From: Nostoc sp.
GTDB lineage: Bacteria; Cyanobacteriota; Cyanobacteriia; Cyanobacteriales; Nostocaceae
Assembly (NCBI GenBank): GCA_036918135.1
Contig: JBALDB010000051.1
Coordinates: forward strand, 64,001 to 128,000
Reading direction: 5' to 3'
DNA length: 64,000 nt
In this document: one piece after another, positions 53,215 through 63,408 of the stretch
How the letters are laid out: every line of letters begins with the position of its first letter
How positions within the stretch are numbered: position 1 is the stretch's first letter
Position numbers and translations under genes: made by a program
Notes under the pieces: model-generated
What the model was told of the DNA's origin: nothing
What the model saw: only the letters and a program-made list of their open reading frames with translations
The model's database searches: none

Positions 53215-53883
53215 ATGACGCGTCGTATCATTCATATAGATGAAAGTCCTATCCGTTTTGAACGGTGGCGGCAATATTTACCAAATTGGTTGCAACGTTT
53301 TTTGCCAAGTGGGGGCGGAAATTTTGAAGACCATCATGGCAAAGGGATGTTCGGGTTTAGCGTATTCCTGCTATCAGAAAGCTTAGTTTTTTTGAGTTTC
53401 ATTTTGACCTACGTGGCTCTGCGATTGACGCACTCAAAAAACTGGTTACCACCTGGTGTTTCCGGTGTAGAATTATCTAATTTTGTAATTATTAATACAG
53501 TAGTTTTGCTTTCCAGCAGTTTTGTAATTCAACCTGCAGAAAATGCTCTTAAGCGTGGCAGGATGAAGAGATTTCGCTGGCTTTGGCTGATGACGATCGC
53601 AATGGGAACCTACTTCTTAATTGGTGTATTAATTGAGTGGCGGAAACTCGATTTTGGGTTAACTACAGGATTAGTTGGTTCAACATTTTATCTATTAACG
53701 GGTTTTCACGGTCTCCACGTTCTGACTGGTGTAATTCTTCAGATAATTATGTTAATTCGCTCTTTTATTCGAGATAATTATAATAAAGGTCACTTTGGTG
53801 TAAGTGCAACTACTTTGTTTTGGCATTTTGTTGATGTGATTTGGGTCTTTTTATTCTCACTACTCTATCTGTGGCGAGCATAA
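53215..53883 (+). CDS. ctaE: Heme-copper oxidase subunit III
   Basis: FLLSE, NTVVLLSSS, TGFHGLHV, FWHFVDVIW. Confidence 0.93.
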   Translation: MTRRIIHIDESPIRFERWRQYLPNWLQRFLPSGGGNFEDHHGKGMFGFSVFLLSESLVFLSFILTYVALRLTHSKNWLPPGVSGVELSNFVIINTVVLLSSSFVIQPAENALKRGRMKRFRWLWLMTIAMGTYFLIGVLIEWRKLDFGLTTGLVGSTFYLLTGFHGLHVLTGVILQIIMLIRSFIRDNYNKGHFGVSATTLFWHFVDVIWVFLFSLLYLWRA

Positions 53884-53922
53884 AAGTATTTAAAAAAATC
53901 AAGCATTTTCAGGAGTAAATTT

Positions 53923-54162
53923 ATGAAGTTATTAGCAGATGAATTACCACCCCCAAGAGCAATTCAAGAAACTCCACCACCAGGTACAAATAGAGATCCA
54001 CTAATTGCACACAATTTGCAAAAAGAACAGTATGTAGGCATTTTTGGGCTAGCGATCGCCTTGGTTGCTGCTGTAGGATTTTTTAGCCGCCGAGTAGAAT
54101 ACGCTATTGTATTCGCTATTATTCTGAGTGCGATTTTGATTGCTTTCTTTATCTTTGTATAG
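53923..54162 (+). CDS. Small two-TM membrane protein
   Basis: AGGAG RBS; two hydrophobic helices. Confidence 0.7.
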   Translation: MKLLADELPPPRAIQETPPPGTNRDPLIAHNLQKEQYVGIFGLAIALVAAVGFFSRRVEYAIVFAIILSAILIAFFIFV

Positions 54163-54266
54163 CAAATTAGTCATTGGTGATTAGTCATTGGCTATCAATT
54201 ATTAATTATTTACCCTGCCCCTCTGGCTCATCTCTCCCAATCCTCAGTCCCTAATCTTCAATATTT

Positions 54267-55634
54267 ATGAACAGCCCAGTTTATCAAACTGTGATTGTCG
54301 GCGGTGGTTTTACCGGACTATTCACAGCATTACATCTAGCCCGGGAACGTTATTCTCGCTCTGTAATTTTGATTGAAAAAAATGAGCGTTTTTGCTTTAA
54401 GCCGTTACTGTATGAATATTTCGATGGCGAGATGGAAACCTTTCAGGTTTTACCGCGTTTTTCGGAATTGCTTCGCGGTAGCGGTGTTATCTTTGTTCAA
54501 GATACAGTACAGTCGATAGATCTGCATCAACAGCAAGTCAGTTTAACTTCAGGAAACTCCTACAAATACAGTAATTTAGTATTAGGTTTAGGTAGTGTTA
54601 CTGGCTATCATAATGTTGAAGGAGCCAGAGAAAATGCCTTTGCTTTCTGGACACAAGCAGATGCGATCGCTCTCGACCGTCATTTACGCGACTGTTTACA
54701 AAAAGCAATTAAAACTGAAGATGCACAACAACGTCAGAAACTATTAACAGTAGTCGTAGTTGGTGGTGGTGCTTCTGGTGTAGAAATGGCGACTACCCTA
54801 GCAGATTTTGTTCCCCAATGGTATGGGGCTTTAGGAGGCAATTCAGCTGAAGTTCGGGTGATTATCCTCAATCATGGGCAAAAAATACTTGATGGCGATA
54901 TTAACGATCCACTAGGCTTAATTGCTGAAAAAGAATTACAAAAACGCACTGTACCAATTGAAATCATTACAGGAGCAGAAGCCAGTGCTGTTTATCTTAA
55001 CGCAGTTGAATATAAGAAGAACAATCAAGTAAACACGCTGCCCACATATACCACAATCTGGACAGCTGGTACTTCCATTCATCCATTGATTGAAAACTTA
55101 CCAATTCCTCAAGAACATCGAGATCCTCGCAATCGTCTCCTAGTGAATTCGACAATGCAATTGCTCGATTTTCCAGAAGTTTTTGCAGGCGGTGACTGTG
55201 CAGCCGTTCAAAATAATTCGCTCCCAGCAACAGCCCAAGTAGCTTATCAACAAGGAGCTAATATTGCCAATAACTTAAAAGCGATCGCCGCAGGAGAAGC
55301 CCTCAAACCTCTTCATGTTAATATCCGAGGAACCCTGTTAAAGTTGGGGTTAAATGATGCTGGTGCTAACTTATTTAATGTTTTTGAAGTTGCAGGCGAA
55401 CCTGCACATTTAATTCGCCAAGCTACTTATTTAACGCTATTACCAACTCCAATTCATGACTTCAAAGCTACAACTGAATGGTTGGATGAAGAGATTTTTC
55501 ATCACCATCTTGACCCTCAAGATGTGAGTAAAAAAGTTGTACAAGCTGTGGAGTTACTTGGTGCGGGAGTCGTTGGTGTTTTAGCTGCAAGAAAATTACT
55601 GCGAATATTAGGAGATGAGGATAAAAAGGAATGA
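54267..55634 (+). CDS. Type-2 NAD(P)H:quinone oxidoreductase family protein
   Basis: VGGGFTG, FKPLLYE, GGGASGVE, WTAG, FAGGD, PATAQVAYQQ. Confidence 0.85.
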   Translation: MNSPVYQTVIVGGGFTGLFTALHLARERYSRSVILIEKNERFCFKPLLYEYFDGEMETFQVLPRFSELLRGSGVIFVQDTVQSIDLHQQQVSLTSGNSYKYSNLVLGLGSVTGYHNVEGARENAFAFWTQADAIALDRHLRDCLQKAIKTEDAQQRQKLLTVVVVGGGASGVEMATTLADFVPQWYGALGGNSAEVRVIILNHGQKILDGDINDPLGLIAEKELQKRTVPIEIITGAEASAVYLNAVEYKKNNQVNTLPTYTTIWTAGTSIHPLIENLPIPQEHRDPRNRLLVNSTMQLLDFPEVFAGGDCAAVQNNSLPATAQVAYQQGANIANNLKAIAAGEALKPLHVNIRGTLLKLGLNDAGANLFNVFEVAGEPAHLIRQATYLTLLPTPIHDFKATTEWLDEEIFHHHLDPQDVSKKVVQAVELLGAGVVGVLAARKLLRILGDEDKKE

Positions 55635-55870
55635 TGAATTGCTAAGTAGGTGGGTAGGAAAATTTATCGTTGATGTAAGGCAGAAGGAAACAGAGTTAAA
55701 GATTATATCTTACGTTTTTCAATGTTGACCTACTTGCTTATGGGGTGGACATCTTGTCCGCCTTTCTTTACAGGCGAGCGAGACGCCCACCCCACAAGAA
55801 AAGTTGGATGTTTTTTTAATTTGGAAGTCTCTGATTGAGCAACGTAGATAATTTATTTTTTGGAAGTCTT

Positions 55871-55906
55871 TAACACCGTGAAACGTTTTTGGCTTTCACG
55901 GTGTTA
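55871..55906. terminator. Hairpin between convergent genes
   Basis: TAACACCGTGAAA-N10-TTTCACGGTGTTA. Confidence 0.65.
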
Positions 55907-55956
55907 GTTGTGGGTTTTCTGCTTCGATTGCTGCTGACCCAAGCCATATGATTGAG

Positions 55957-56373
55957 TTACTCGACATTAGACATCAGAAGCTTGGATATCTCCGCATGTG
56001 CCAAGACAGCAGCAGGTTCGCTCTGGAGCGCGTTATAATACTTTCTCTCGAAGGTATTACCTGTCTCTAAGGGCACAATCAATGTGCGGACATCAGCAAT
56101 CAACTTTTGCATATCATCCAAGGCTATCGGTTCATCTGCTGTGAGCATTTCATCAATTTGCACAACAATTTCAGAAATTCGATGTAACCAAGCAAATTGC
56201 TCGTGACCAATGACGAGTTGCAGGAGTTCTGTACTCGATACCCTTCCTTTAACTTGTTCGTAGGCGATGCGTTCTGTCTCTAGCAACATCTTGTGAAGGT
56301 ATAGTAATTTATTTCGTAAATCACGCAGATATTGATGTTGACGGATTCTTTGTAGAAGTGTGTTAGAAGTCAA
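55957..56373 (-). CDS. Conserved hypothetical protein
   Basis: LHK.LLE.ER..YE...FAWL..ISE.VVQIDE; likely TTG start downstream of AGAGGA. Confidence 0.65.
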   Translation of the reverse strand: MTSNTLLQRIRQHQYLRDLRNKLLYLHKMLLETERIAYEQVKGRVSSTELLQLVIGHEQFAWLHRISEIVVQIDEMLTADEPIALDDMQKLIADVRTLIVPLETGNTFERKYYNALQSEPAAVLAHAEISKLLMSNVE

Positions 56374-56604
56374 TTTTAACCATCCTCTCGTTACGATAGT
56401 CTTCAAAAAGTTGAATAATTTTGCTTTGCTATTTATCAACCGAAGTTCATCTATCGGTTTCTTTACTAAGACGCACTATAATTAACATATATTTTTATAG
56501 TGGTCATTTCTCATATTCGATTAATCATATATTAACATAAAATTATAACAAGTATATAGACAGAAGCTTATCGAGCAAACATCAGTTATGGAAAAACCGT
56601 CTTC

Positions 56605-57171
56605 ATGTCGCTAGCACATGTAATTCTGGGTCTTCTTCAGCAGCAAGCAATGACGGGCTATGACCTGAAAACGAGCTGCTTCGATCAATGCATTGCCCAT
56701 TTGTGGCCAGCAGACCAGGCACAAATTTACAGAACCCTCGAAAAGCTAGTTGAGCAAAGCTATATTACCTGTACGATTGAAATTCAGCACGATCGCCCTA
56801 ACCGCAAAGTCTACAGCATAACCGAGTCAGGGAAAGCAGAATTACTTCAATGGCTTGGTATTCATCAATCCTTACCGATTGTACGCGAACCAATGCTTAT
56901 TCAGTTGCATTTTGCAGAACAATTGCCTAATGAAACTATTATTCATCTACTAGAGCAGCAATTGGCAGCTCGAAACGAAAAGCTTGCCGAGTGTGAAACT
57001 ATTGATTTACCACAACTGAGCGATCGCTCTGCTAGCCGCGAACAAGTAATGCAAAGGCTGGTGCTGGAGTTGGTAATCCGTAGAGAACAGATTTATATTG
57101 ATTGGTTGAAGACAGCAATCAATGTTATTGGTCAGCAAAAACCATATCCATCACAATACCAAATTCTTTAA
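56605..57171 (+). CDS. PadR family transcriptional regulator (AphA-like C-terminus)
   Basis: ILGLL....TGYDL, QIYRTL, RKVYSITESG. Confidence 0.92.
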   Translation: MSLAHVILGLLQQQAMTGYDLKTSCFDQCIAHLWPADQAQIYRTLEKLVEQSYITCTIEIQHDRPNRKVYSITESGKAELLQWLGIHQSLPIVREPMLIQLHFAEQLPNETIIHLLEQQLAARNEKLAECETIDLPQLSDRSASREQVMQRLVLELVIRREQIYIDWLKTAINVIGQQKPYPSQYQIL

Positions 57172-57189
57172 CTCTCATCAATCGAAACA

Positions 57190-58566
57190 ATGACAACAGT
57201 AGCAGTCAATCCCTATCTCGATCGCAATTTTGCTCCAATTCGCAAAGAAATCACCACTGACAAATTACCAGTCATTGGCGAACTACCTTCTGACTTATCA
57301 GGGATGTTTGTCCGCAATGGCCCTAACCCACAATGGCCACCCATCGGTGAATATCACTGGTTTGATGGAGATGGAATGTTGCATGGCGTGCAAATTAGCA
57401 ACGGCGTAGCTACTTACCGTAACCGCTATGTGCAAACAGCCGGATGGAAAAAGGAACGAGAAGCGGGTAAAGCCCTCTGGACGGGGTTGTTAGAACCAGT
57501 ACAAATGGATATTGGTGGCTACAAAAACACTGGCAACACTGCCCTAGTGTGGCACGATGGTCAAATGTTGGCGCTCAACGAGGGAGGTAGTCCTCACGCT
57601 ATCAAGCTTCCGGAACTAGATACCATTGGCGAGTACACTTACAATGGCAAGCTGATTTCTAAATTCACAGCCCATCCGAAGGTAGATGCGGTGACAGGAG
57701 AAATGATTTTCTTTGGCTACTCTTTTGTCGCCCCACCGTACTTGCAATATAGTGTGGTTTCAGCAGAAGGCGAACTGTTGTGGACAGTGCCAATTGATTT
57801 GCCAATAGGGGTAATGATGCACGATTTCGCCATCACTGAAAACTATACGATTTTCATGGATCTGCCGCTGACTTTCAACCCTCAAAGAGCGCAACGGGGA
57901 GAACCTGTAATGATGTTTGAGCGCGATCGCCCTAGTCGCTTCGGCATTCTACCACGTCATGGTAACAACAGTAATATCCGCTGGTTTGAAAGTCCTGCTT
58001 GCTACGTCTTCCATACCCTTAACGCCTACGAAGAGAAAGACGAAGTAGTGCTGATTGCTTGTCGCATGAGTTCTACTAGTGTTTTAAGTTCAAATAATTC
58101 CCAACCCGACCCAGACGCAGATATTCCTCGCCTGTATCGCTGGCGATTTAACCTCAAGACTGGAACAGTACGTGAAGAAATGTTAGATGATGTAGCTTCG
58201 GAATTTCCCCGCATCAACGAAAATCTAGTGGGGCGGCAAACCCGCTATGGCTACACTAACAAAATGGCCAACAACCCCCTGCCTTTATTTGAAGGTATCA
58301 TCAAATACGACCTCAGCAGTGGAAAGTCGCAAATTCACGAATACGGAGAAGGACGCTACGGCGGTGAAGCTGTGTTTGCGCCGCGTCCCGGTGCAACGGC
58401 TGAGGATGATGGTTGGCTTGTGACTTTCGTCCACGATGAAAATTCCAACACTTCAGAATTAGTGGTGGTGAATGCTCAAGATGTCACGGCTGAACCTGTA
58501 GCACGGGTGATAATTCCTCAACGGGTGCCTTATGGATTTCATGGTGCCTGGGTTGCGGGGGAATAG
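57190..58566 (+). CDS. Carotenoid oxygenase family dioxygenase
   Basis: RNGPNP, HWFDGDGM, TAHPK, MHDF, FHT, EFPRIN, PYGFHG. Confidence 0.93.
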   Translation: MTTVAVNPYLDRNFAPIRKEITTDKLPVIGELPSDLSGMFVRNGPNPQWPPIGEYHWFDGDGMLHGVQISNGVATYRNRYVQTAGWKKEREAGKALWTGLLEPVQMDIGGYKNTGNTALVWHDGQMLALNEGGSPHAIKLPELDTIGEYTYNGKLISKFTAHPKVDAVTGEMIFFGYSFVAPPYLQYSVVSAEGELLWTVPIDLPIGVMMHDFAITENYTIFMDLPLTFNPQRAQRGEPVMMFERDRPSRFGILPRHGNNSNIRWFESPACYVFHTLNAYEEKDEVVLIACRMSSTSVLSSNNSQPDPDADIPRLYRWRFNLKTGTVREEMLDDVASEFPRINENLVGRQTRYGYTNKMANNPLPLFEGIIKYDLSSGKSQIHEYGEGRYGGEAVFAPRPGATAEDDGWLVTFVHDENSNTSELVVVNAQDVTAEPVARVIIPQRVPYGFHGAWVAGE

Positions 58567-58649
58567 TCAACCAATTTAAAGATAATTGTAGGGGCACAGC
58601 CATGTGCCTTTACCCGTGTACTTCATTTACCTGAAATATGCTGTATTGA

Positions 58650-59015
58650 TTAAAGTTTTTCTAGAGAAACTAAACCATTGTCTTGAAAATCGATTTCTAG
58701 ATGATATCCTGCCATCAGAGAAGTTCCTAATAAAGGTTTATAACCAGCAGCTAAAACTGGAACTAATTTTTCAATACCGTCCCATAAAATTGTTGCCAAA
58801 TGTATAGCTAATAAAGCTTGACTACCATCAGCTAACCTTGCTTCGGTACTAGAATACAAGGGAAGATTCATTGTGCTGACTGCCTGTGATGGTAAAGTTA
58901 GATGGTCATTAAATCCAGTATCAATGACAAAATCTAGAGAAAAATCTGGTTGTGAAGGTAAACGAAAAACTACTGGAATTATTACCCTACCATCAATCAC
59001 TTTGCGATAAATCAT
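58650..59015 (-). CDS. Clan AA aspartic protease
   Basis: VIDTGFN, LADG, PLLG. Confidence 0.85.
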   Translation of the reverse strand: MIYRKVIDGRVIIPVVFRLPSQPDFSLDFVIDTGFNDHLTLPSQAVSTMNLPLYSSTEARLADGSQALLAIHLATILWDGIEKLVPVLAAGYKPLLGTSLMAGYHLEIDFQDNGLVSLEKL

Positions 59016-59284
59016 TCAGCAGTACGCTCCATCGCACCACCAAAACTTACGGCAACATCATAACCAATTCGTATGGTGAACAATCTAGCATTAGGGTTTT
59101 TCTGTTTTAACTTTAATGCTGTCTCTACACCAGTTGGATCTATGCCATATTCACCTGTTTCTGCATCAATCACAATCATCTTGCCGATATTGTCACTAGA
59201 CTCGACATTTTGACGAATACCGTTTTCGTAAAACTGTTTCGCTCTTAGGGCTACTTCTTCTACACTCCAGAAAATTGATTGCAT
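59012..59284 (-). CDS. Small hypothetical protein coupled to the aspartic protease
   Basis: GKMIVIDAETGEY...RIG; ATGA overlap. Confidence 0.75.
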   Translation of the reverse strand: MQSIFWSVEEVALRAKQFYENGIRQNVESSDNIGKMIVIDAETGEYGIDPTGVETALKLKQKNPNARLFTIRIGYDVAVSFGGAMERTAE

Positions 59285-59331
59285 TACGATTACATTTAGT
59301 TTTACTTCTTAAAGCATTGTAATGGCTAAAC

Positions 59332-59604
59332 GTTGAACCTTTTTGCTCGAACGTTGAGCCTCTGAACCTCGAAGTTGAGCTTTTGAAGGTCAATGTTGAG
59401 CTTCTGAACCTCGAAGTTGAGCTTTTGAAGGTCAACGTTGAGCCTCTGAAGCTCGAAGTTGAGCTTTTGAAGGTTAATGTTGAGCCTCTGAACCTCAAAG
59501 TTGAGCTTTTGAAGGTCAATGTTGAGCCTCTGAACCTCGAAGTTGCACCTTTGAGCCTGGAAGTTGCACCTTTTATCCTCGAAGTTGCATGTTTGAATCT
59601 GGAC
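59332..59604. repeat. 21-nt tandem array (13 units) with 42-nt higher-order alternation
   Basis: GTTGAGCCTCTGAACCTCGAA alternating with GTTGAGCTTTTGAAGGTCAAT. Confidence 0.9.
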
Positions 59605-59626
59605 AGTGAAAAATAAGTAGTCAAAA

Positions 59627-59689
59627 GTCGTTGCGAGCGAAGCGAAGCAATCCCAGCCTTTGCGATTGCTTCGCTTCGCTCGCAATGAC
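59627..59689. repeat. Palindromic dispersed repeat
   Basis: GTCGTTGCGAGCGAAGCGAAGCAATC...GATTGCTTCGCTTCGCTCGCAATGAC. Confidence 0.75.
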
Positions 59690-59829
59690 AAAATATGTTT
59701 TTAGATGTTTGGGATGCTCCCATTGCCACAATCCAAAATCCGAAATTCAAAATCAAAAATGATATGCCTATTCCTGAATTTACAGCAGTGAGCGTGTAGT
59801 AAAATTTGCTCACCTCTGTAAAGTGGAAC

Positions 59830-61968
59830 ATGGCTTTAGACTTCTCCGGTCAAAATCTCCGAGGACGCAACTTCAAAGGTAGACAAGACCTTGTGGGTGC
59901 AAACTTTAGCTATGCCGACATCCGAGGGGCAAACTTCACTAATGCTAATTTAACAGGTGCAAACTTCAGTCATGCCAAAGCTGGACTGCAACGACGGTGG
60001 GCAATTGGTTTAGTCCTTGTCTCGTGGTTGTTGTCGGAACTGTCAGGATTATTATGGGCTGTCAATGGTTACTTGGTGTCACTAATATTTAATTCCCGCT
60101 TAGAAAATCAGATTATCGGCTGGACTGTCCTAATCGTATTAATTGGCTTTTTCTTCCTCACAATTCGCCAAGGATTAGCAGCTGGTTCAGGAGCCGTAGC
60201 CTTCGCTGTAGCCGGAGCCGTAGCTGTAGCCTTAGTCGGAGCCGTAGCCTTCCTCGGAGCCGTAGCCTTCCTCGGAGCCGGAGCCAAACCCATAACCGAA
60301 GCTGCAACCAAAGCTGCAGCATATACACTCTTCACCGTACTCGGAACCGTAGCCGCAGATGTAGCCGGAGTCATAGCCATAGCCTTAGCCGGAGCCTTAG
60401 CCATAGCCTTAGCCGGAGCCTTCGCTGTAGCCGGAGCCAGAGCCTTAGCCGGAGCCTTCGCTGTAGCCATAGCCGGAGCCGGAGCCTTCGCTGTAGCCGG
60501 AGCCAGAGCCTTAGCCGGAGCCTTAATCGTAGTTATCGCCTTCGCCTTCGCCGGAGCCTTCGCTGGAACGTTATTTAGTATCTACATCAGCTGGCGAGCC
60601 ATGAAAGGAGACGAAAAGCACTCCTTGATTCGTAATATCGCTGTTACCTTTGCTGCAACAGGAGGTACAAGTTTTCGTGGCGCTGACTTAACAGGTGCTA
60701 ATTTCACTCAAGCTACGCTCAAAAGTACAGATTTGCGAAACAGTATCCTTATGTGTAGCTGTTGGCATCAAGCCAAAATGCTTGACCGTATTCGTCCTGG
60801 CTCAACTTATCTGCAAAACTCACAAGTACGTCAACTGCTGGTTACAGGACAGGGACAGGATAAAAACTTTGACCGTCAAAACCTGCGAGGTATCAACTTA
60901 CAAAAAGCTAACCTAGCAGATGCCAGCTTTATTGGCGCTGACCTCAGTGAAGCAAACTTGCAAGATGCCGATTTGTCAAGAGCGAAACTGAAGCAAGCAC
61001 AACTAGACGGCACAGATTTAACAGGTGCAACTCTCACCGGAGCTTACATCGAAGATTGGGGGATTACAAATACAACTAAATTGCATGGCGTGAGGTGTGA
61101 ATATGTCTTCATGCGCTTACCCACCAAAGAAGACCCCGACCCTTGTCGCAAACCAGATAATAAACAAGAAGTATTTGCAGACGGCGACTTTGCCGAATTT
61201 ATCAAACCAATTTTTGACACCCTCGACCTTTACCACAATCAAGGCGTTGACCCCCGCGCCATTGCCATTGCCTTCAAAAACCTCGCACAAAACCATCCCG
61301 AAGCCGAATTAGAAATCGTGGCAATGGAGAAACGCGGCGATGATAAAATCTTACTTCGTGCCAAAACCGCAGCAGGTAGCGATAAATCTCAACTGAGTGC
61401 AGAATATTTTGATGACTATAATCAACTTAAAGCTTTATCTCAAAGTCAGCAATTATTGCTGATAGAAAAAGACAATTATATTAGCGATTTAAAAAATATG
61501 ATAACGACTGCACTCCAGCAGCCAAAATCTTATACACAAGGAAATACCATTATGTCTGATATCAGCGGCATCAATATTCAAGGTAGTAGTAATGTTGGCG
61601 GTATTGCTGGTGGTGGTTCTGTTGCTAATTTAGGAACCATCAGCGGTAATGTAAGTATTGCCCTCAACCAATTACCTGATTCCCCAGATGCAGAAAAACC
61701 AGGTATTAAAGAATTATTGACACAGTTGCAAGAGGCAATTTCAGATTCCTCAGATTTACCAGAAACAGACAAAGCTGATGCACTAGAACAGGTAAAAGCT
61801 TTAGCAGAAGCAGGTAAAAGCCCCCAAGAATCGAGTAAGCAAAAAACGGCAAAAAATGCAATCACTATGTTGAAAGGCATATTTTCTGGCTTACCTGCTA
61901 TTGCCTCAATAGTTGAAGCTGCTAATAAATTATTACCTGCGATCGCCAAGCTATTCAATTTGGGATAA
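59830..61968 (+). CDS. Pentapeptide-repeat membrane protein with Ala/Gly-rich low-complexity TM region
   Basis: A(D/N)(L/F)xx repeats, GGTSFRGADL, GCCGGAGCC-rich tract, helical C-terminal domain. Confidence 0.88.
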   Translation: MALDFSGQNLRGRNFKGRQDLVGANFSYADIRGANFTNANLTGANFSHAKAGLQRRWAIGLVLVSWLLSELSGLLWAVNGYLVSLIFNSRLENQIIGWTVLIVLIGFFFLTIRQGLAAGSGAVAFAVAGAVAVALVGAVAFLGAVAFLGAGAKPITEAATKAAAYTLFTVLGTVAADVAGVIAIALAGALAIALAGAFAVAGARALAGAFAVAIAGAGAFAVAGARALAGALIVVIAFAFAGAFAGTLFSIYISWRAMKGDEKHSLIRNIAVTFAATGGTSFRGADLTGANFTQATLKSTDLRNSILMCSCWHQAKMLDRIRPGSTYLQNSQVRQLLVTGQGQDKNFDRQNLRGINLQKANLADASFIGADLSEANLQDADLSRAKLKQAQLDGTDLTGATLTGAYIEDWGITNTTKLHGVRCEYVFMRLPTKEDPDPCRKPDNKQEVFADGDFAEFIKPIFDTLDLYHNQGVDPRAIAIAFKNLAQNHPEAELEIVAMEKRGDDKILLRAKTAAGSDKSQLSAEYFDDYNQLKALSQSQQLLLIEKDNYISDLKNMITTALQQPKSYTQGNTIMSDISGINIQGSSNVGGIAGGGSVANLGTISGNVSIALNQLPDSPDAEKPGIKELLTQLQEAISDSSDLPETDKADALEQVKALAEAGKSPQESSKQKTAKNAITMLKGIFSGLPAIASIVEAANKLLPAIAKLFNLG

Positions 61969-62051
61969 TCTGAGCGTTAGGAGTGGCAAGTTAAGAGCTA
62001 AGAGTTAAGAATCATTCTCCCCACACCCCCCACACTCCCCACACTCCCCAC

Positions 62052-62762
62052 CTAAAACGATTTCTCCTGATACCCTCCAGCGTAGTCAATCACGCAGACT
62101 GTTCTATAAGATTTGTGAATTCCAAAAGCAACACCAGAGACTTGAAAAGCGCCGTTAAAAATGTTTTTTCGATGACCGCGATCGGGTACACCATCATCAA
62201 TAATTAATTGCATGACGATATCTTGGGCGGTGTTTGGCCCGTAACTAATATTTTCGCCTGCGGTTGTTTGCCATCTCCCATAGCGGTTGATGCGAGTAAA
62301 GGGGTCGCTACCATCGCTACCATCATGCCCTGTAGCACCTTTTGCGCCTTGGTCTTTAACGTGGTCTTTTGCGGCTAAAGACATACCTTTAGAGGGACTC
62401 AAAGCACCTATAGGACGTGCTGTTTTGAGAAATGCGATCGCCTCATCGACTGCTTTGACTCCTTCTTGAGTTCTCAAATAAGTATTATCAGAAATTTTGA
62501 CTCGGTTACCTTGAAAGCGCTGGCGATAGTTTTCCAAAATCGGCACGTATGCTTGAGGATTTGTTCTCACTTTATTTGTTTCAATAATTACTTGTTGTTC
62601 GAGTGGTGAAAGGTAACTTGCTTTTGCTAACAAAGTCGGGCTATTTTTTTCAACTATTGCTGGCTGAGATTTGCCTACAGTTGGGTTAGATTGAAGCAAT
62701 CGATCTGAACAACCAAATGTCAAGGTAAGTGGGAAAAATACCCAAAATTTAATCGGATGCAT
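62052..62762 (-). CDS. CAP (SCP) domain lipoprotein
   Basis: Lipobox-like TFGC, AKDH, TGH, GENI, HRKNI. Confidence 0.88.
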   Translation of the reverse strand: MHPIKFWVFFPLTLTFGCSDRLLQSNPTVGKSQPAIVEKNSPTLLAKASYLSPLEQQVIIETNKVRTNPQAYVPILENYRQRFQGNRVKISDNTYLRTQEGVKAVDEAIAFLKTARPIGALSPSKGMSLAAKDHVKDQGAKGATGHDGSDGSDPFTRINRYGRWQTTAGENISYGPNTAQDIVMQLIIDDGVPDRGHRKNIFNGAFQVSGVAFGIHKSYRTVCVIDYAGGYQEKSF

Positions 62763-63078
62763 TCATAACCTCGCAATTTTTCTATGAATTAATTTAGTGA
62801 ATTAGAAAGAATAGGAATTTCAAGGCACAGTAAACTCTGTTAACGCTTCTACAGCTTCTTGAGAATAAGTGTAGATTCACGTACTAGTTTTATAGATAAC
62901 AATGTAACTATTTTTGTTCCTGAAATACTACAAAATGATTGCTACGATTTTTCCAACTTTAACGCTTCACCTAAGGATTCCCCAATCTCTAGTTCAAGTT
63001 GCACTCGTCACTCTATCTACTGATTATTAACACATCAATAAGCAATCAAGTTAAATTAGACAAAATAGAATTGAAAAA

Positions 63079-63223
63079 TATAGGACTTTTATTTTGTTTT
63101 TGAACTTATTTGTCAAGACAGGCAATGGTTAATAGGTAATAGACAAAGATAATTGCTCTATTGCCTCTTGCCGCTTGTCTTAAGGTATACAGTTTTTTCA
63201 CGCAATCAAATCGGACTGCTATA
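63079..63223 (+). mobile_element. MITE-like dispersed repeat related to family A
   Basis: TATAGGACTTTTATTTTGTTTTTGAA...AATCAAATCGGACTGCTATA. Confidence 0.55.
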
Positions 63224-63408
63224 GTATGTTAGCTATATTCATTTATCTAATATTCTGCTGATTCTTGAATTATTCTGAGTCGGGAATAATTACGATAAAA
63301 TGAATTTTTGAGAACTGCGATCGCAATCTCAAAAGTTTCTCATAATTAAATTAAGCAGAGTAAACAGATGCGGATACTTAGACATATTAACTACAAAAGG
63401 TACTGCCT

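Noticed and set aside
59332..59604. CRISPR array (also 45767-45878)
   Set aside because: Units are contiguous without unique spacers; no cas genes in the window
60180..60570. Diversity-generating retroelement repeat pair
   Set aside because: No reverse transcriptase and no adenine-specific mismatch pair
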